Assembly (NCBI GenBank): GCA_028023455.1
Contig: JAQFVV010000006.1
Coordinates: forward strand, 7,564,001-7,628,000
Source of the DNA: Epiperipatus broadwayi
Taxonomy: Eukaryota; Animalia; Onychophora
Direction of reading: 5' to 3'
DNA: 64,000 bases
Part shown: one piece after another, positions 12,667 through 25,420 of the stretch
Numbering within the stretch: position 1 is the first letter of the stretch
How the letters are laid out: every line of letters starts with the position of its first letter
The notes under the pieces: generated by a model
Database searches by the model: none
What the model was told of the DNA's origin: nothing
The model's input: only the letters and a program-made list of their open reading frames with translations
Made by a program: the position numbers and the translations under genes

Positions 12667-15600
12667 TCTCTAATATGTAATTGATTTTACTAAGTATGGA
12701 TAATGTAACTAGTATGGGAGATATTGCTATGTATAGATTATTTATGGATACAGATTTATTATGAATGATGCTGTCAAATATGGATAATATTGCTGAGTAT
12801 GGATATTGCTACTCAGTATGGATGATATTATTGGAGATGATGTATAAACGAATATGAATATTGTTAAAGATTATGTGATAATGTTAGTGAGCTTGATGAT
12901 GTTAATGGGCAGGGATGACGTTACCGAGTGTGGATTCTGTTTCTGAGTATAGATTATGTTAGCAATTATAGATGATACTACTGAATACAAATGATGTTAC
13001 TGGTTATTGATAATATTATTAAATAGGAATCATGTTCCAGGTCGTGAATGTTATTATTGAGTAGAGATAAATGCCACTGTATATGGATACTTTCAAGATG
13101 TGTAAACGATGTTATTGAATACGAGAATTATTGTATGCATGATGTTATGGAATATGAGTGATGTTACTAGTTATGCATGACCTTATTGGGTATGGATGAT
13201 ATTACTAATATAGATGATGTTACTGAATATTGATAACATTATTGAATAATAATAATATTACTTATTGTAGACAATATCATTTAATATGGATGATATTACT
13301 AGGTATGGATAATGTTAAGAAGTATGAATATTATTGGGCATAGTTGGTATTAGGAAGCATGGGTGACTTTATTGAGTATAAGTGATGTTACCCAATTATA
13401 GATGATGTTACTTGATATGGATGGATAAGGTTTCTGACATGAATGGTATTACTGGATTTGAATGCTATTATTAGCCAATGATAATGTATTCAGTATAAAT
13501 GGTGTTATTAGACATGGATAATATTAGGGCTATAATGAATTTTTTTTGAGAAATGGAAATCATTACTGAATAGCTAATTTAAATCATTACTGAATAGCTA
13601 ATTTAAATATTCTAAAAAAATACAGCCCAACAAGTAAAAGGTTTTGGAAATTATATTTTGTATGTAAAAAAAATACAAGCCTTATGGCAGGTGTAGGGAT
13701 ACAAAAGTAATAAGTAACAAAAAATCAATAAATATATTTTTTTAAGAAGGCAAAACTTCTGGATTGATTATTGGTTGCATAAACATAACTCTCTCTCTCT
13801 GCCTTTTGAAGTTAATTACATTTTATTAAAATCTTCTATTGAATAAGCAATTTTTATAATCATTTAATACTAGATTAACTCAAACTCTTTGTGCTTTGTT
13901 TACCCAATATAAGAGTACATTAAAAGCAATTAATTACTCTAACTAGCGCCACCTGTTGTAAGCTTGAGGAATTAATGTGGTGCAACTACCTAGTGGCTAC
14001 TGAGTTTCCAATACTTGATTCTGAAATAAAATAATATAGTAAAAATTTGTTCCTAAAGTAAAATTTGAAAGTAAGCAGAAAAAATCGTATGATGTTTTGT
14101 TTGGTCCATTTTAAGAAACCATAAAACTTTTTCCACAAACTTTTAACATTTTCTTGATTGATGTTTATAAAAATAAAAACTAATAAAATGAATTGTGACA
14201 ATCCATAAATGTTACCTCTATGAAAATTTAATCTTTGCATGCATGTGCATGACAAAGTAAATGAAATGATAATAGAAATTCCAAGAGCCGTTCTTTTCAC
14301 CCTGTTTCAATTTACGTAACTACACAAACGAATCAAGTTGGATTTGAAGCATTTAAGATTTTTTTAAAAAAAATTCAGACCAATAGCTTGAATACAATAA
14401 AAAAGTAAAAAAAATGGCTATTAAGTACGTAAGTGCATTAATTCCAACTTTAAATCCTAGTTGTCAATCATGAGGATTAACATTAGGAACTGGTTTAGGG
14501 ATATTACAGTCATAATATCTGAGCTTCCATTATAATGTGAAAAGAACGGCTTTTGGAAGATACATTTAAGTATAGAAAAATATAATTTGATATTGTTGCT
14601 GATATAACCTGAATTATTTCAAAATTTCATCTCGGAGATGATGCAATTGGCTTACCTCAGGTAATTTATCTACTAATCGATGAAGATTATCATCTGTAGT
14701 TGACAGGGGAACTGTTGAAGTTTCAGGACCTGCAATTAAATGTATGCATACAATGTAAAGCACTCTCTATTGAATGTTTTATATAGCATACTGCTAAGTT
14801 TAATCACAAACTACTGCGTAACTGTAATTGGATTATATATAAATTACATATGCATTATAGTGCATTTAAAATTCTTCTAATAAATTAAGTTTGTGGAAAA
14901 ACTGTAAAATAGAAGGCAGACTATATAAAAAACAAGTAAGTTACAAATTAATAAAAATATGCGACATATAATAAAAAAAGTTACTTCTTTATTCTCAAAA
15001 AAACAACAACTAGAAATCAGATTTGTGCGCAAGGTGTGTCCCAGTAAAAAAGCGACCAGTTTTATTTCCAAGCTCTGTGCGACACCATCTTTGACTCAAT
15101 GTATATGTTTAATACTGACATAGTTTATCTATTTTCGGCAAAAATTTTAGGGCATTAGCATGTCTGAGTCATGTTATGATATAAAATGTAACACATTTCG
15201 TACCTTCAGAGATCGTGAAATCTTGCAAATCACATGAAAATGTTCTTGTTACTTATGGCTGTAAAGTACTACATAATTTGAATCTTTTCAATTGATTATA
15301 TAGCAGTTCTGCTAAATTCAAAACAAAATTTGATGTTAGTGTTATTAATATGTTGTAATACAAAATACCCTATCACATTTCATGTCATCAGTACCCAGAC
15401 CAGCTAGCATCTTAAAATTTTTGTGGTGAATAACTAAACTGTGTTTCTACATAATGTATGTATTGACTTATATGTGGTGATAAAAGCAGTTTGGACAGCC
15501 ATTCTACCAGTCACCGTCTCAATGCACTTTAAGAATATATATATATATATAATAAATAGGAATACAAAGTTAATCTATCTAAATACTTTAAATGCTTAAT

Positions 15601-16080
15601 TAATATGATGGATTAACAAAACTGGTAACTTTCTTCCAACCTTGCATTTGGAACTTCGTCAGTTCACAAATGTAATTTTCATTTCGGTTTGTAAAAAGGA
15701 AACTTACCGTGTTTTGGAAATTAACTTCTCTGCGAGATAAATTAAAAGTTTGGGCTGCATTATTAATATACATAAATCCGACTTATAAATTTTCAGCAGT
15801 AGTAGAGCAATAAACTTGACAGCTTGAAGTTTCTGGACCGAACAAACCTCAGACTGTTACTTCTAGTACCAGAATGCCACATGATCTCCGAAATAGCTAA
15901 CCGTTTGCTAATAAAACTAAACCTGCTCCATATCTCACATGGAATAGGCTTGTGTGTTTAATACCGGATATAAAAATAAAAATCAATTAAAATATAGTAA
16001 AAATGTAGCAATAAATATATGAACAAAATTCTAATATAATTTTTTTCTCATAACCGTGGGTTTTTTCCCCCATATGTTAA

Positions 16081-16170
16081 AGCATCGGCCGAGAAGCGAA
16101 CCCATGACAACTGTCTGCAAGCAACTGCTTGCTTGCAAGACAGCTGCGCTGACCTCTCGGCTACCGATGC
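16081..16170 (-). mobile_element. tRNA-Gly-derived short repeat with duplicated anticodon-arm segment
   Basis: GCATCGG..CCGATGC acceptor stem, A-box TAGCCGAGAGG, B-box-like GGTTCGCTTC. Sister of 55085-55170. Confidence 0.75.
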
Positions 16171-16746
16171 TTGACATAACAACTGTGGTTTTGCTTATTA
16201 ACCAATTAGATGTCTTTGAGTGAAAACTACTAACAATAACATAAAGAAATACAAATATAAAGAAAGGCTCACAAATGAAAACAAATATTAATCATTTCTA
16301 CCATTAAAAAATGTTCTCGTAAAATTCAGGACTTCAGTTCCAAAATGATTAACAAAATGAGACAGTGATCTTTCTTTTGATTTCATTGCATTCAAAAGTG
16401 ATAATCTATGGATTATCATGAATTAAATAAAATCGAAAGAAGGAGTAAACAGGCTCATTTTATTAATCATTTTAGATAGGAGGCTATCAATCTTAAAAGA
16501 ACATCTTTTAATGTTAGAATACTTTGACATTTATTTTGAATTGTGAATAATTAGGTGTTTTTATTAATATTTTTTACTTTGTAATTTTATTAAGACAGCG
16601 ATGAATCAAATCTATCTGCTCTCTGATTCTATTAAAACTTCGGCTGAGTTCAGTATTTTCTGGACTAGCTTGTCATGTCCCTGTTCACAAATGAGACATT
16701 TAAAATAAACTGGACATGTTCAAATATGAATCTCATGTGAGAAATA

Positions 16747-17485
16747 ATGGCTGTCCCATTTGTGGTTTGCATGAAAGAAGAATAGCATGCAGTGATTTAT
16801 TTTTTGTGGTCTGAAAGTACGTCACCCATATTTATTGTAGATTTGTACACAATATGGACAAATTATTTTGTCATTACAAAAGTGTGTATGAATGAATAGA
16901 CAAGTTCAAAAAAGGTCACACAAAAATCAACCATAAATAAGATCTAGATGCTCATTCACGTGCATGATGGATGACAACATTGAACGTACATGTGAACTGA
17001 TTCTGTAGAATATATAAGTAATAATGGATTGTGTTGCAAACAAACTATGGCTTTGCAAAAATACATGACTGATTTGGATTTTGAAAAGTTTGCGTGAGAC
17101 GGTATTGACCCAACTTGGAATGGCACAAATGGAAGAATTTGGATATCTGCAAACAAAATTTGGCTCATCACTTTAATGAAAATTTCTTAAAAAGAAACAT
17201 TACTATCCCATCAGACTATCATCTGTTTAATCCTCCAAAAGAAGGTCCTACAAGAATGAAGATACATGCATATAAAAAATAAGACAATGGAGCATTTGTG
17301 GCTCCTCAGTCCACAGAAATTTTAAATGAGGGAATATGAAAACTTTTTGACAGACACACAAAATATATGGAAAAGCAGAAGAATTATGGCAAAAAAAATT
17401 ATATATTATATATTTATCTTATCTGAAAGTTGAGTAAAATAAATTCTACAGCCAGAGTAGACATAATTTTTGACTTGCCCTCAGA
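16747..17485 (+). mobile_element. Internally deleted mariner transposase fossil with right TIR
   Basis: MAVPFVVCMKEE*HAVIYFLWSE (mariner N-terminus) and PSDYHLFNPPKEG...GI*KLFDRHTKYMEK (mariner C-terminus). Terminus ataatttttgacttgccctca is shared with 54601-54620. Confidence 0.85.
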
Positions 17486-17697
17486 TCATTATTACTATAT
17501 CTTTATTTTATTTGGATTATAATTACTCGCATAGCATTAAGTAGTATTATAAATATATATAGAATTGTCATTGCCATATAGAATTAAATTTTCCAAAGAA
17601 TTTTTAAATAGCACTATTAACTCCCATACATTACCAAATGCTAAACATTTTTAAAATTTAAGTAGATTAATTCACCTGTGTTAACAAATTTCTAAAC

Positions 17698-18270
17698 CAT
17701 CATCATCATCATCATCTACCATTACCAATCCACTGCAGGATGAAGGTCTCTCCAAGTTCAATCCATCTTTTCCGATCTTTAGCTTCTCTTCTCCATATCA
17801 CTTCTGCACACTTTCTTATTTCTTCCATCCATCTCACATGTGGTCTTTTTCTGGGTCTTTTACAATCTCTTGGAATCCAGTTTAAGATTTCAATTGTCCA
17901 TCTATTATCATCTCTTCTAGCAATATGTCCAGCCCAACTCCACTTCAATCTTTTAATTTTTTCAATGAGGTTAGTAACACATGTTTGTTCTCTTACCCAT
18001 ACATTGCGTTTTTGATCTCTTCTTGTTACTCCCAACATGCATCTCTCCATACTTCTTTGAGTGGTCTGAAGTCGCTGTATTGCTCTTCTATTAAGTGTCC
18101 AAGTCTCAGATCCATAAGTAAGAACTGGTAAAACACATTTATTAAAAAGCTTCCTTTTCAAACACATAGGCACATTTCCTTTGAGTATAAAGTTATTTCT
18201 ACCAAAAGCACTCCAACCAAGTTTAATTCTATGATTAATTTCATCCATTATGTTTCCATCTGTATTAATT
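17698..18270 (-). mobile_element. 5'-truncated RTE-type LINE 3' end (ORF remnant 17712-18248)
   Basis: CVLPVLTYGSETWTL...LKWSWAGHIARRDDNRWT...W.PRDCKRPRKRP.VRW is the typical RTE C-terminus. (CAT)6 tail at 17698-17716. Confidence 0.92.
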
Positions 18271-19129
18271 ATTTGTAACGGTTAACTTCTAATTCATCAT
18301 AATCAATCTTTATTTTCACATTTTGAGAAAATCGATTAAACTATAACGATGTATAAATAAAATAAATAATCAAACATATTATTGCTCAGTAATTCTGAAG
18401 TAGTTTGGAACTAGAAGATAAAACTGAAATAACAATCCATAAATCCTGGCCTCAAAGTCTGCTACTTTAAGATTGCAATGGACCAAACATATTTAATCAA
18501 ATAAGTAATTGCTTATCAAGCTATATAATGTTTTAGCCATACCTGTGTTTTGATTCAAAACCTTACCCCCTTGGCTCTGTCAATATGTTAAGATTCTAAC
18601 TTTTAAAAAGTAGTATACATCAATATGTAGAAATAAACCTTCAAAATATTTACTACTAATTTAAAACTTCCATTAATTTATCTGGGTGTTTTTACCTAGA
18701 GATGGCACTGTTCAGTGCCTACTTTATTTTGCTCTTATACAACTATCTGTAGCCCCATTTTGCAGATTTTTTTTTATTTAGATGATAGAAGGTGGGGCTA
18801 AAATATACTAGTTCAAAAAAAAAAACTGAAGAAATAAGCATTTTCCAAACATTGAGAACTTCAAACTGATTTATTCCAGTTTTCAGCACATATGATTGCT
18901 AAATTTATTGTTCTCCAGTTTTGAGATCATTTGCGAAATTACTTTGAGAAGATGTTTGGAATTGCAAAAAAAAAAAAAATGATTTTTTGCCTAAATTATT
19001 AAATATTTATGATTATTTCTCATAATAATTGTATGAAAAATATTTAAAAACAAAGGTATATATGATTACACTTTAATTTTATATGTATATGTTTTATTTT
19101 GAAAAACAGCGAATTCAATCATAATGCTG

Positions 19130-19500
19130 AAAAGAAAATTATGATGGGTAAGATTGCAATACCTTTTCAAACAGATTAATAATGCCTTTGCTATCATGGC
19201 CCTATGGAATTTTTGAGATATTTAACAAATTATAAATGCAATTTTAAATTTTAGAACAGAATATATTTATATCAGCTTCACATTATTTTGTTCACATTTT
19301 AAAATTAAAGTTTAGTCAGTTAATTTTCTGGTTTCACTGACTTGGATAGCTTTCCTTTACACCATCCAATAAGAAAACAGTTCATTATGTTTACTACATA
19401 TTCACTTTATTATTATTATTTCAACAATTGCAAAGTTCAATGATGATTTTTAAAATGTTTTCATTTGTAAACATATATTTCTAACAAATCAAATCCAATT
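19130..19500. repeat. Old dispersed repeat shared with 55610-55960
   Basis: Shared blocks aaattataaatgcaattttaaattttaga.cagaat, acattttaaaa, ttcctttac/atac and ttttcatttgtaa...tttctaacaaat, in the same order. Confidence 0.7.
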
Positions 19501-21639
19501 TATTGAATTCTAATATAGAATAAGATTTTTAATAATAAAATCCAACAGTTGAATAATTACAAACATTCTCACCAAGGAAAACAATAGAAACATCAACATG
19601 TTAAGGATTAAAGTGTACAAACATTAAATATTTATAAGAATAGAGATATACTAGTGATCTGTCTTTCGCTTAGTGAAAAATGGAAATTAAGGTAATAACA
19701 TCATCAATGAATACAACTAATTTTATTTCACAGTAAAATAAAATGTGATTGACAAGAATAGATAAATATAGAAAGCAGAAATGATAGCTCTCCTGTATAT
19801 AATACGTTATGGATGTCCCTGATAGGCAAGCTTATAAAAACATCCTTTCATTTGTCATACACTTATCATCTCAATTATCATCTATTCTTAATCTGAGGTT
19901 TGTTTCCTCTTTTTAATTTGAGGCATGCATATGACCAAAACTTAGCGCTTTTATTATAACCCTGCATTGATAAAATATTTCTCCGTTTCTTCCACTACCT
20001 TTTCTACATTGGTTATTATAATTTTAATATAAAAAGTATCAATACTGAAAACACATAATGCAAGGCAATTTCTTTATTGAATTCCACATTTAGTTGACAT
20101 CTAGTTGTAAATATACAAAACATATAAATGCCAATGACATCACTATATGTAAACTTTCTATAGTATCCTGAGGAGGACTGTTAAACAGTTGAAACAGTAA
20201 TTGAGGGATTTAATAAACAAGTTGCAGTGCATTATATACATCTAAAAGTATTAAAATATTATTACTTATTATATTCCATGCATAGTTTAGTGCAAGAGTT
20301 GAGAGGCATTTGGGGAGTTCAAAGTTCATGAAAGCACATCTCAGATCAGTTGCTTTGGGCACTCATACTTCTCAGGAGCTCTTGAGCAATAAAGTCCTTC
20401 TATTATTTAGTTACTCTTTATATTATCAATGTATTATTAAAAAGATTTTTCTTTAATGTAAAAGTGATTGATATATAAAAAATGTAATTATTAGATTTTC
20501 ATTTAATTTTTTTTTTTTTTTTACAATGATGTTTTCATGTTAAGCTATAATCTTCTTTACATTATTCTATTCAAGAGTCATTCATGTAAGCATGAGTAAT
20601 CAATGAATTCTAGATGACAATGCTAATAAGCTAATTTACAGATGTTCTTATATCAGGAAAGTCACTGAATTCTAAATATCCAACCAGCAGCCTCTATTAT
20701 TCTATTGGAGCAAATGAAACCTTAAAACATCTGAAAGTTTTGTTCACTGGAAGTTGTGTCCCAACCTTTGTAATTCTGATATCCTATTAATATTCTATAA
20801 TCTTCAGTCCTCTTACTTACAAGTGATCTTCTTTGATGAAGATCAATGGCCAGAAACAAATATGGAAAATTGATTTGCCTTGCCATCTGGTATCTATCAG
20901 CAACAATAATACTTCACTCACAGTTCAAAAGTAATGTAAGGTGAAATATAATATAGGAACTGATGAAAATTTTAAAAGCAAAGATAGTTATGTAATTTAT
21001 TGCTTTATGATATGACCATAAAAGAACTTGAGGGTGATTTAAAAGTTAAAAGACATCCTAGAAAAAAAATAGTAATATTAGAATGAGGAAAAGAGCCAAT
21101 ATATGGTAATATATGAGGGAGACCTAAAAATAACTGGAATTGTTCTCTGGTAGTCATATCTATTGTAGTACATGTTTCTGCTTTTAGATATCTATTATAA
21201 AGACCCTTCTGCATAAATCTTCCAAATGAGGTCATTGTGTAAAATCTCGGTCACAAGGAGCACCTTTTTTGAAAACTGCATGTCACATATTTGCCAATTT
21301 TTGTTGTAGCTGAAAAGTTGGATCAATAAGAAATTCCGTTTTCTTTTAGGGAAAAATGGCAGGGAAAACAGTTCCAGGATTTGAAAAAGTTTATAAGTAA
21401 GTGCCAACAAAGAGTGGTGAATGAAGTCAAATCATTTTTGGATGCAAACGGTGATTGTTTAACAGAAGTGTTAAATTTACCAAATGCCAACAAAGAGTGG
21501 TGAATGAAGTCAAATCCCTTTTGGATGCAAACGGTGATTGTTCGGACAGATTTCACATTCTTAACAATCAAGCATTTAAAATGTCTAAGTTCTGAAATGT
21601 TTGCATGATGTGGTAAGATGTAAATGTCCTGTTTTGTAG

Positions 21640-21960
21640 CAAAGTGAGGAGTGAATGTTCCATCACACCAGCATGGCTACCACATAAAGCTTGAGTGTAA
21701 ACAGTTTTTAATTAAATTTAGTCTGACCCAGCTTATCCATGTGTCTCATTCTCTCGATGCTCCATGCAACTTCTTTTTAATCTCTCAATATTTTTTTCCA
21801 GAGTTAAATGCGATGAAGAAAAAAACAATGGAGGCATTAAAATGCATCACTTTGCAAGTGTTACCAAATTATTAAAAAAAAACAAAAAAAACATATTCAA
21901 ACAGATGCTTTGCATTAAATAGACTATACTTTGGAAGCAATTCAATTTGCAATGCCTAAA
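21640..21960 (+). mobile_element. Mariner transposase C-terminal remnant
   Basis: QFLIKFSLTQLIHVSHSLDAPCNFFLI resembles QFL.K......HPPYSPDLAPCDFFLF. The 3' part matches 46400-46470. Confidence 0.65.
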
Positions 21961-22799
21961 AATAAATATAATCTTTTTTAAATACAAAATTCCAATTATT
22001 TTTGGGTCCGCACTCATATATCAAATTTAATGTTATTTTAATTAATGTAAGTTATAATAAAGAATTAAAATGTTGATCACATTAATGGACAATATTTCAA
22101 ACTGATAATCATTGTGAGTTAATAGATGAATTGCCACTTGACCACTTTGAATGGAATTATAATGGTGAGATATAGTCATTCGTTGATTTTAAGTTCCATC
22201 TTTGCTCTCATTTCTGATCAAAAATTTATTCTGCGAGATGAAGTTGAACTGAAAGCCTTATCAATTTTTATATTGTAGTCTGGATTTAATTTATCTATTT
22301 ATAAAACTAAGACTTTAGACGCTAGTAGTGATATATTCTAGTCATTGTTCTTATTATTTTACTAACCCTTTTGCATTTCAGCATTTTATTACTGACCAGT
22401 GCAAATTTGAGTTATGAGTTAATTTTATTTCAATATTAAATTTTTTATTCAATATTATCAATCAATAAATTGTACTTGATCTATTAGAATATAAATTTAC
22501 AAATGAAATATATCATTAAAAATCATATTTGAACTTTCCAAATGTATATAAAAAAGTAATAAAGTAAACTATGTAAGGAGAACAAAAAGTTTTTCTTATT
22601 GGATAATTTCAGCAAAGTTCATTAAAAAATAAATTAAATAAATCTTTGTCGATTGAATGTCTTTTTTTTTTTAAAAAACATAAACAACTTTTTATTAAGT
22701 CAAAATAAAGCCATGAAATTCTGTTCTAAAATTTAAAATTGAATTTATAATTATTAAAATGTCACAAAAGTGCTGTATATAATGCTTGATAGAGTGAAC

Positions 22800-23168
22800 A
22801 ACTGTATTGTTTTCCTGAAGGTTTGTAGTGATGTTATTCTAGTTGTATTTTTAAGTTGGACTATTTCCATTGTCAAATATGCGTATTGAATGTTTTTAGA
22901 AAAATTTAACTTTATTTAAATATTCCAAATACATTCAACTATTAATAATAGCACATCAAACAGGTTAGTATATACACAATGTTTTGAGAGGTATTATACT
23001 CACCTCTCCTTCGGGTGTTGCTGGCTTGACCAGTGACAGTACTAGCATGGGATTCAAATCTTGATCCTTAGATTGCTTGACCAGTGACAGTACTAGCATG
23101 AGATTCGAACCTGGATCCTTAGATTCTTGAATTTTAAGGTAATGTTCTAACCAACTGAGCCATCCTTG
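22800..23168 (-). mobile_element. SINE-like element: tRNA-type head (A-box 23147-23165, B-box 23102-23111), 51-bp internal duplication, minimal HHR (22975-23017) and about 170-bp tail
   Basis: Minus strand GGATGGCTCAGTTGGTTAGA ... GGTTCGAATC ... catgctagtactgtcactggtcaagc cagcaacac-ccgaagga-gaggtgagtataatacctctc-aaaac-att-gtg ... tail shared with 28463-28600 and 38281-38700. Confidence 0.8.
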
Positions 23169-23172
23169 GCAG

Positions 23173-23350
23173 GCCAGCAACACCTGAAGAAGAGGGGAGA
23201 ATAATACCTCTTGAAACATTGTGCATATGCTAACCTGTTTGATGTGCTATTACTAACAGTTGAATGTATTTGGAATATTTAAATAAAGGTATATTTTTCT
23301 AAAGACATTCAATACGCATATTGAAAATAGTCCAATATAAAAATACTAAT
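23173..23350 (+). mobile_element. Inverted copy of the SINE 3' part, with the best-preserved minimal hammerhead (23181-23223)
   Basis: CAC CUGAAGA A GAGGGG(agaauaaua)CCUCUU GAAAC AUU GUG. About 175-bp reverse-complement match to 22842-23025. Confidence 0.8.
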
Positions 23351-24419
23351 TGAATAACTATAGTTTCCTTTTTATTGTTACTTCAAATTTCTTATCTTGT
23401 ACTTTTAAAAATAAAATATATTTTAAAAGAATCTCAGTGTAAATATAAAAATACTTTTGTAATAATTTGTAAAATTAAATCATTAAAAGCTAGTCAATAC
23501 TTAGACAATGTCAATAACAATCAACAATCTCAACCTGTTGTCATGGCAACCTCCTTTAACAATAAAGGTGGAATCCTACTTTTATTAATGATCTAATATT
23601 TTTATATAGACCCTAAAGATTGTAACTTGACCACAGAGATTGAAATCATTGATACAAAGAAGTTTAAATAAACTACAGGCAATATGCAGTTTTATTTATA
23701 TGTGCAAGATCAAAGAATCTACCAGTCAGTGACATTTTAGGCTTTTATCTGTTCATACATAGTTTTCCTCTATGGAATTTTTAAACTGATAAATCAATAT
23801 TTACTTCACATCCATTTTTTCTTTGTCAGGGAAACATAAAAAACAGCAAAACAGTGCTTAAGATAGTACAAGAGAGCAATTTAAAGACAAGCAAAGTAGT
23901 GTGTTATCACAGCAAACTGTAACCTCATGAAGCTAAAAATCAGTTCACTAAAATAAGAGAGTACAGTAATTCCATCAATATCAATTCACTTTAGTTCTAG
24001 GTCTTCCCATGGATTTATGATACCATATGGCACATCTTATATATAAGTTAAACATACACACTCATCTATAATATAGTTTAATTTAAATTCTTTCAGATTT
24101 AAACTTCATTAAAAATGCAGCTATCAGAAAGGTGATACAAAATAAATAGAAAAGAAAGAGAGTGACCACTAAAATAATTGACTTCCCAAACAAGAACATG
24201 GCTGATAGAAAGATTATTTCTGTTCATATTTATACATGTGGATATATGGCAGAGAACATTCAAAGTTTCCACATTAGTAGACGATTGTGGTACGATGAGT
24301 TGAAATGAAAGGGAACATCAATAAGAAACAAAAATGGTGAAAAGTGTTTGTAATATTGACTACTAAATTAATTTTCATTTACTATTTTCCTCATTCTCTA
24401 TTTTCGTTTACCAGAAGGC

Positions 24420-24650
24420 AACGAGAATAATAATGCTCAGTTGGTGTAACCCTTTTATCATATCAGCCACTTCTCTGTGCTAAAACAATGATATTGTTTG
24501 TTGGGAAATCATATATACACTCTTTAACTGCATATGTAGCAATTACGCCTCCACTGCATCTTTTCTTTCTTCTTTGTTTTCTAACTTTTGCATCGCTAGC
24601 TTCCTCATCCTATGTATTTATTCTTCTGGAACTGAAACAGCCACACTTCT
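24420..24650 (-). mobile_element. Decayed Penelope-like GIY-YIG endonuclease fragment
   Basis: Minus frames VWLFQFQKNKYIG* then GVIATYAVKECIYDFPTNNIIVLAQRSG*YDKRV, resembling the SA.A.HA...H.FD..N..VLA.E...KR pattern of PLE endonucleases. Frameshifted. Confidence 0.5.
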
Positions 24651-24679
24651 TTATGAGTATGTAATAATCTATATTTATT

Positions 24680-25420
24680 AAATTTTGATTTACAACCAAC
24701 TAATGAGTGCTGGTTTGTGCAAAATGTACTTCGAGTCATTTGACTTTTACTGTATCTTTATTCATGTGTTTTGAGAATGTCTGATGGTCTGGAGGTTATT
24801 AAGAACCTCTGTAGTAACTTATATTTGTGGTTTCATTACTTTTCTATGTCCTTTACATGATGTAAATATAATATTCTAATAACATCCAACTTTCAAAATT
24901 AGCTGAGAGTTTTGACTACCTCATATTCTTCCTTATCTCAACAAAATTATTTTTAATTCAACTTTTATTCATCCTTCTCTGTTCATAATGTTTGTGTCAC
25001 TAGTTTTCTCATATTATATATTCTTTTTCTGGAATTAAAATACCCACACTTTTTTATTAGATTTTGATTTAGAACCAACTGATGAGTGCTGATTCGGTAC
25101 AAAATGTACCTTGAGGGTCATTTGTCTTTTACAGGATCTTTATGCATGTATTTTTAGAATGTATGGTGGTCTAGAGGTTATTAAAAACATCTCTAGCAAT
25201 TTATGTTTATGGTTTGACTATTTTTCCATGTCCTTTACATGATGCGAATATAATATTCTATAACATCCAACTTTCAAAATTAGCTGGCAGTTTTAACTAC
25301 CTCATAGCCTTCTTTAACGCTGTAACTTAGGCAATACGTATTAATATCTTTACCATAAGAAAATCATTTTTGACTCAACTTTTATTCATCCTTCTCTATT
25401 CCCAATGATTTATATTATTT
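24680..25420 (+). mobile_element. Family C hammerhead-bearing tandem repeat, 2 units, 379-bp period
   Basis: accaact(a/g)atgagtgctg at 24695 and 25074. Shared body (gtcctttacatgatg, taacatccaactttcaaaattagctg, caacttttattcatccttctct). Both HHRs have GAAA changed to AAAA. Confidence 0.85.

Larger units (their letters stand above)
12040..13550. repeat. Degenerate minisatellite, about 19-20-bp unit (approx. tatggatgatattactgag), interrupted by a family A insertion
   Basis: Dozens of variants of tatggat(g/a)at(a/g)ttact, e.g. tatggatgatattactagg-tatggataatgttaagaag. Confidence 0.8.

Noticed and set aside
12040-13550. Regularly spaced repeats as a CRISPR array
   Set aside because: The units are degenerate and adjacent, with no unique spacers, no cas genes and a eukaryotic context.
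21005-21591. Long minus frame interrupted only by two TGA codons as a selenoprotein
   Set aside because: An 83-bp duplication shifts the frame, no selenoprotein motif or SECIS was recognised, and exon or antisense explanations are simpler.
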